Assembly: GCA_002269645.1 (NCBI GenBank)
Contig: NIVC01001359.1
Span: forward strand, 79,651-143,650
From: Macrostomum lignano
Taxonomy: Eukaryota
Direction of reading: 5' to 3'
Length of the DNA stretch: 64,000 nucleotides
Made by a program: the position numbers and the translations under genes. Under the pieces are notes generated by a model. It saw only the letters and a program-made list of their open reading frames with translations. It did not search any database and was not told the DNA's origin. How positions within the stretch are numbered: the first letter of the stretch is position 1; each line of letters starts with the position of its first letter. This document shows positions 58,410 to 64,000 of the stretch, piece after piece.

Positions 58410-61400
58410 ATGTCCGGTCCCTCTGCACCATCAAACGGCGGCGATGGTCTCGGGCCGCCCTCTTCCAACGGAGGCGGCGGCGGCTCGGTGAGTCGTCGAA
58501 GCCGGAAGATCCCCACCGACCTCCGTCTGCAGCTCAACGATGCGGGCATCCGCAACGACGCCGAAGCGACGGCAGGCGGCAAAATCGCCTCCCGGCCCGC
58601 CTTCACCGAGGTGCAGCTCGAGGAGACTTTTCAGAACAAAATGGAGCCAGAAGAGCAGAAGGCGCACGTGCAGAACCTCATGGACGAGCGCAAGGCGGGA
58701 AAGGAGATCAAGGACAAACGGGCCATCGCCTTGGGCATCGCCACCAAGGTGTTCCCGTGTCTGAAGGTGCTGCTGAACTACGACATCAGAGAGTATGGGC
58801 CCTACGATCTGCTATCTGGGATCAGCGTTGGATTGTTCATCATTCCTCAGGGTGAGCTGCTTTTGAGTCTGTTGATCCTTTCTCAGGGTGAGTTGCTTTT
58901 GAGTCTGTTGATCATTCCTCAGGGTGAGCTGCTTTTGAGTCTGTTGATCATTTCTCAGGGTGAGTTGCTTTTGATTCTGTTGATCATTTCTCAGGGTGAG
59001 CTGCTTTTGAGTCTGTTGATCATTCCTCAGGGTGAGCTGCTTTTGAGTCTGTTGATCATTTCTCAGGGTGAGTTGCTTTTGATTCTGTTGATCATTTCTC
59101 AGGGTGAGCTGCTTTTGATTCTGTTGATCATTTCTCAGGGTGAGCTGCTTTTGAGTCTGCTGATCATGTCTCATGGTGAGCTGCTTTTGAGTCTGTTGAT
59201 CATTTCTCAGGGTGAGTTGCTTTTGAGTCTGTTGATCATTTCTCAGGGTGAGCTGCTTTTGAGTCTGTTGATCATTTCTCAGGGTGAGCTGCTTTTGAGT
59301 CTGTTGATCATTTTTCAGAGTGAGCTGCTCAAATCTTACATCTTGTTTTGAATCTTACAAAAGCCTCGCTGAATCTCAACTTGAATCTCCACTGAATATC
59401 GTTAAGTTTCAATCTTAAATCTCACTAAGTCTCACTCGAAACCTCACCAAATCTCAGTTGGCTTGCTTCTCGATTTTTAGCCTGCACGGGCAAGCAGTCA
59501 AGTGCATTGTAACCTTGGATCTCCATTGCAGCCATTGCCTTCTCTCTGCTGGCCAACATGCGACCGCAGTCCGGCTTTTATTCGGCCTTTTTCGCCATGA
59601 CCATCTACTTTATTCTGGGCACCTCGAGACACCTTAATTTCAGTAAGTATGGGAAGTGGCTGAGATTGTACGATATGTGGGGTGAGATCTTATGAGAGGT
59701 AAGGTCAGATTTTATGAGAGCTAGAGTGGAGTCTGCCACCAGCTTACCCGCTCCACCCTCTCCTCATTGACCCGCAGCTAGCCAGGGTGCCGTGTCTCTG
59801 CTCGTCGGCGAGGCCGTCCGTGCTGGCATCGAGCAGGTGTACCCTAACGGCGCTGGCCTGTGCGCTACCCCGAACTCGACGACAATGGACATCAACTTCA
59901 CCACGCTGGCCGGAGATGCGTTGACCACAGTGGCTGGGATTACCACTGCAACCACAGCCTACGGAGATAGCAATACTACTGCCTTCGATAGTGAGTAGTA
60001 GTTTAGTGCTACCCAGTTAGCTGGTTGGTTAGTTTGATAGTTGGATAGTTAGCTAGTTGGATAGTTAGCTAGTTGGATAGTTAGCTAGTTGGATAGTTAG
60101 CTAGTTGGATGGTTAGCTAGTTGGATAGTTAGCTAGTTGGATGGTTAGCTAGTTGGATGGTTAGCTAGTTGGATGGTTAGCTAGTTGGATAGTTAGCTAG
60201 TTGGATGGTTAGCTAGTTGGATAGTTAGCTAGTTGGATAGTTAGCTAGTTGGATAGTTAGCTAGTTGGATGGTTAGCTAGTTGGATAGTTAGCTAGTTGG
60301 ATAGTTAGCTAGTTGGATGGTTAGCTAGTTGGATAGTTAGCTAGTTGGATGGTTAGCTAGTTGGATAGTTAGCTAGTTGGATGGTTAGCTAGTTGGATGG
60401 TTAGCTAGTTGGATGGTTAGCTAGTTGGATAGTTAGCTAGTTGGATGGTTAGCTAGTTGGATAGTTAGCTAGTTGGATGGTTAGCTAGTTGGATAGTTAG
60501 CTAGTTGGATGGTTAGCTAGTTGGATAGTTAGCTAGTTGGATGGTTAGCTAGTTGGATAGTTAGCTAGTTGGATAGTTAGCTAGTTGGATAGTTAGCTGG
60601 TTGGATGGTTAGCTAGTTGGATAGTTAGCTAGTTTGATGGTTAGCTAGTTGGATGGTTAGCTAGTTGGATGGTTAGCTAGTTGGATAGTTAGCTAGTTGG
60701 ATGGTTAGCTAGTTGGATAGTTAGCTAGTTGGATAGTTAGCTAGTTGGATAGTTAGCTGGTTGGATGGTTAGCTAGTTGGATAGTTAGCTGGTTGGATGG
60801 TTAGCTAGTTGGATAGTTAGCTGGTTGGATGGTTAGCTAGTTGGATAGTTAGCTAGTTTGATGGTTAGCTAGTTGGATGGTTAGCTAGTTGGATGGTTAG
60901 CTAGTTGGATAGTTAGCTAGTTGGATGGTTAGCTAGTTGGATGGTTAGCTAGTTGGATAGTTAGCTAGTTGGATAGTTAGCTAGTTGGATAGTTAGCTAT
61001 TTACAAAGTTATAATTCATATAGTAAGCTTCATATAGTTAGGTTACTGTTGGCTTTGACTATTTATTTAGTAAATCATCTGTCAACCAAAAGAACATCGA
61101 ATATCACGCAGGTCCATGCATCAGCAGGGAGGAAGCGAACGACAGAGTGGCCCTGAGCATCACAATGATTGCCGGTGCTCTGCAGCTTCTGCTCGGCTTG
61201 TTGCAGTTCGGCTTTCTCTCTATCTACTTGTCCGACCCGATCAACGGAGCTTTCGCTTGCGGCGCAGCGCTGCACATTGTCAGCAGCCAGCTGGGCAACA
61301 TCCTTGGTGCGCGGATTCCAACTATTAGTGGCAACGGAAAATTCTTTCTGGTAAGAATTGTTTGGCGAAATGCGCTTCATGAGTCCTCGACTATTGATGT

Positions 61401-63851
61401 AAAGAAAAATTTGGCCAAACTAAAATTCGCTCTGAGCTCTGATATTTGTCGTATCGCTGGTGGTGTATTCAGTACACTATAATTTGTCATAGAAAAGTTC
61501 GGTCGATTTTAAATTTTAGCTTCATTTTTACATGGGTAGGTCGAACAGGTCTTTATGCTTTGATTGAAATTTATGTAGCTTATAAAATCAATCCCCATGA
61601 AGAATATCCCCACCCTAAAACCCCTCACTTTTCATGCTCCAGTGGTTGGCTTTAAGCTTCATTTAGTTGGGTTAAAGCTACTTAAAAAATGAAGCTTAAA
61701 TTTAAAATCAGCACAATAAAATACGCTTCAAAAGACGAAATCATGATCCTTATCAAAACTAAAACTTATTTATCTTATCTACAGAAAGTTAAAGAAGTCC
61801 CTAAATGCACTGGCGATACAACGAATACACGTTCCTTACGGACCCAAAGCTCATTTCTAAGAAAGCCGAGTTTATAGTGTCCTTATTTAGCTATCTATGA
61901 GCGGCCTTGGCTATGAGTAACTGATGCAGCAGGTATGTACGCCGTTGACGGGTGACATTGGGCTCAGGCGACCGGACAAGAGTCTCAATAAGTTCCAGGA
62001 TGAAGAGTCGATCACTGGTGCAGCTTCCAACAGCTGCTTAAGAATCGGCTCAACAGCTGCACGAATGAAAAGCACACTCTGAACCTCTTTAGCACTGCAT
62101 GGAGCTAATGAAGAATTTTCGAAGGGTAATAAGGGTTCATTATGAGGGAGCCAGAGTGCTGAAAGTCCTGGCAATCCGAGCTGACCTCAGCTCTGTGCGG
62201 CATGGTCAGTGTTGGTGCTGCATGCAGCAATTCCGTCACAAAATCAAATCGACCCGGGGACTCTCTTTGCAAACTCGCAAGAGAACTCTTGGCGTCTGTG
62301 CAGCAGGTGGGTTAGAGCACAGGACGTCATGCTTTATCCACGTGAGGACAAATGTCCCAAATCTAATTTACCGCTTTGGATGCTTAAAAGCAGGGCGTTA
62401 ACCCTCGTTCACACTGCCATCTGCACCATCAAATAACACGACTGATGTAAATATCAAATAAAAAAGTACGAGTATGTACATTTGTAACATCAAAATCGGT
62501 CTAATTTGAAGACTTTGAAAGATGCCTGAAATTTAACGCCAACAATCTTGTAGACTGGAAGCTGCAATGTCTGGTATCCTAGCTCGTAGTATAACTTTTC
62601 AACTTTGGATTCGTCAAAAGTGAGTTCAAATTCGTCAGCGTATGCAAAACTATATAGAGCTCAAGGGGAAGAGAATGAGTGTCTATGGTAAATTTTTAGA
62701 AAAAGTGACTTCGAATTCGTCTAAGTAAGTGAAATTCGTCAGTGCAAATGCAGCCTGATCAGAAAAAGTGTCTGCTTTGTCCATGGTAAGAAAAGAAGGT
62801 GTCTATGGTAAATTTAAGTAAGAAAGTGAGTGAATTTCTTCTGTGGAAAAGTAGCCCAATTTCTTGAAATCTTCATTTCATGCTTTGATTGTTGTCAGAG
62901 ATGCCCTGCATGAGAATTTCGTCTGTGGATCGCTTTAGACTCGTGAGATGTTTTCAACAAGGACGAGACTGGAGACAACTCGCAATTGAACTGGATATCA
63001 AGAGGACAACTGCCAGTGACATCATCAGGAGATATGTTGATGAGGGTAGGATTGATCTTAACGTGCGTGGAGGTGCAGTGAGACTTAAAGTTTTTCGAGG
63101 AGATGCTCGGGGCGTTGACGAGGTATGTGGAAGAGAAGCCGACTGTGACCCTCAAAGAAATGCAGTAAAAGCTTGTTGCAGATTTTCCTGCTGCTCCTGC
63201 TGTGACAACGCAGGCAATCAGTCGTCGGCTTGACGGGACTTTGTGCGTTACATTGATGTTTGTTGTCATGTAGGGCATCTCTGACAAAAACCAAAGCATG
63301 AAATGAAGATTTCAATAAATTGGGCTACTTTTCCACAGAAGAAATTCACTCACTTTCTTACTTAAATTTACCATAGACAACTTCTTTTCTTACCATGGAC
63401 AAAGCAGACACTTTTTCTGATCAGGCTGTATTTGCACTGACGAATTTCACTTACTTAGACGAATTCGAAGTCACTTTGTCTAAAAATTTACCATAGACAC
63501 TCATTCTCTTCCCCTTGAGCTCTATATACCTTCGAAGTCGGTAGTTTTGCATACGCTAACGAATTTGAACTCGCTTTTGACGAATCCGAAGTTGAAAAGG
63601 TATACTTGTTTAAATTAAGGGAACCTGCAGATTAAAGACCAACTGAAGATCGCTCAGATTCTTGCTTACAAACACGCTCGTTTCTATTTCAGCACTTCAT
63701 CGAGGCATTTAAGGAGATTGTAGCCTCCAGAGTGAACATTCCGACCATTCTAATATTCATTATTGCCTTCCTAGTTTTGTTGGCTGTGAAAATTATTAAC
63801 GAACGCTGCATCAAGCACATTCGAATGCCAATTCCTATTGATATTATTGTG
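58410..63851 (+). CDS. SLC26/SulP anion transporter (prestin/pendrin-like), 5' part: exons 58410-58851, 59532-59642, 59778-59990, 61112-61350, 63693-63851; continues beyond the window
   Basis: DLLSGISVGLFIIPQ/AIAFSLLA..GFYSAFF..YFILGTSRHL, GFLSIYLSDPINGAFACGAALHIVSSQL and INER..MPIPIDIIVV are SLC26 signatures; all splice phases fit. Confidence 0.92.
58836..59330 (+). repeat. 36 bp tandem array spanning the SLC26 exon 1/intron 1 junction (ATCATTCCTCAGG|GTGAGCTGCTTTTGAGTCTGTTG)
   Basis: 13 full copies plus a partial one; the first copy overlaps the coding exon. Confidence 0.95.
60010..60998. repeat. Intronic minisatellite, 17 bp unit (GTTAGCTAGTTGGAT(A/G)G), SLC26 intron 3
   Basis: About 1 kb of copies differing mainly at one A/G position. 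Confidence 0.95.
62590..63604 (+). mobile_element. Internally deleted Tc1-like element with ~300 bp TIRs of IR/DR type, in SLC26 intron 4
   Basis: 62590-62887 is the reverse complement of 63292-63604; each arm has GTGTCTATGGTAAATTT twice (one copy varied in the right arm); TA ends; the interior encodes only a frameshifted HTH N-terminus (RQLAIELDIKRTTASDIIRRY..RGG). Confidence 0.88.
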
Positions 63852-64000
63852 GTAAGTCTCAATCAAAGTCGATTTTTGATAGAATAGATTTTGTATTTGG
63901 TTAGACTAAATTTAAAATTAGCAATCTTCATTAATTCTTATTGAAGCTGATTCTGAGTCTACTCTTGTCGAAGTTTCTCTTCTGGCAGACCACCTTGAAG

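Noticed and set aside
58852-59351. C-terminal QGELLLSLLII repeats of the 313-aa ORF as the main SLC26 product
   Set aside because: Conserved SLC26 sequence resumes only after splicing to 59532; the repeats are intronic by default (kept as a finding for alternative donors)

Overview
Eukaryotic (animal) genomic DNA, gene-dense at both ends with a transposon-filled middle. The intron-borne minisatellites and compact gene clusters suggest a free-living flatworm such as Macrostomum, but that is inference. Left arm, minus strand: a spliced ~935-aa CTC1-like OB-fold gene, COX5B with a C-terminal extension, and UFSP2. Middle (16-39.6 kb): three mariner relics, an 8-bp-TSD MITE, a foldback palindrome, a CACTA/CMC-like relic, and an intact 7.9-kb autonomous Helitron (1588-aa RepHel) joined head-to-tail to a CpG-decayed non-autonomous relative. 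Right arm, plus strand: TMEM167B/kish-B, RPS9, SPCS3 (with a complete Ty3/gypsy element in its intron), LETMD1-like and a partial SLC26 transporter. More than 20 minisatellite arrays (mostly 17-43 bp units) fill introns and UTR-proximal DNA. Main observations: (1) an array formed by amplifying an exon-intron junction, giving 13 in-frame donor sites; (2) one 28-bp minisatellite at three distant loci, always in the sense orientation; (3) a Helitron inserted exactly at the 5' end of an older relative; (4) a GA-tract-carrying non-autonomous Helitron family; (5) in-window evidence of CpG deamination; (6) operon/SL trans-splicing-like gene layout. All exon models were assembled by hand from GT-AG sites and phase checks; no database searches were run.
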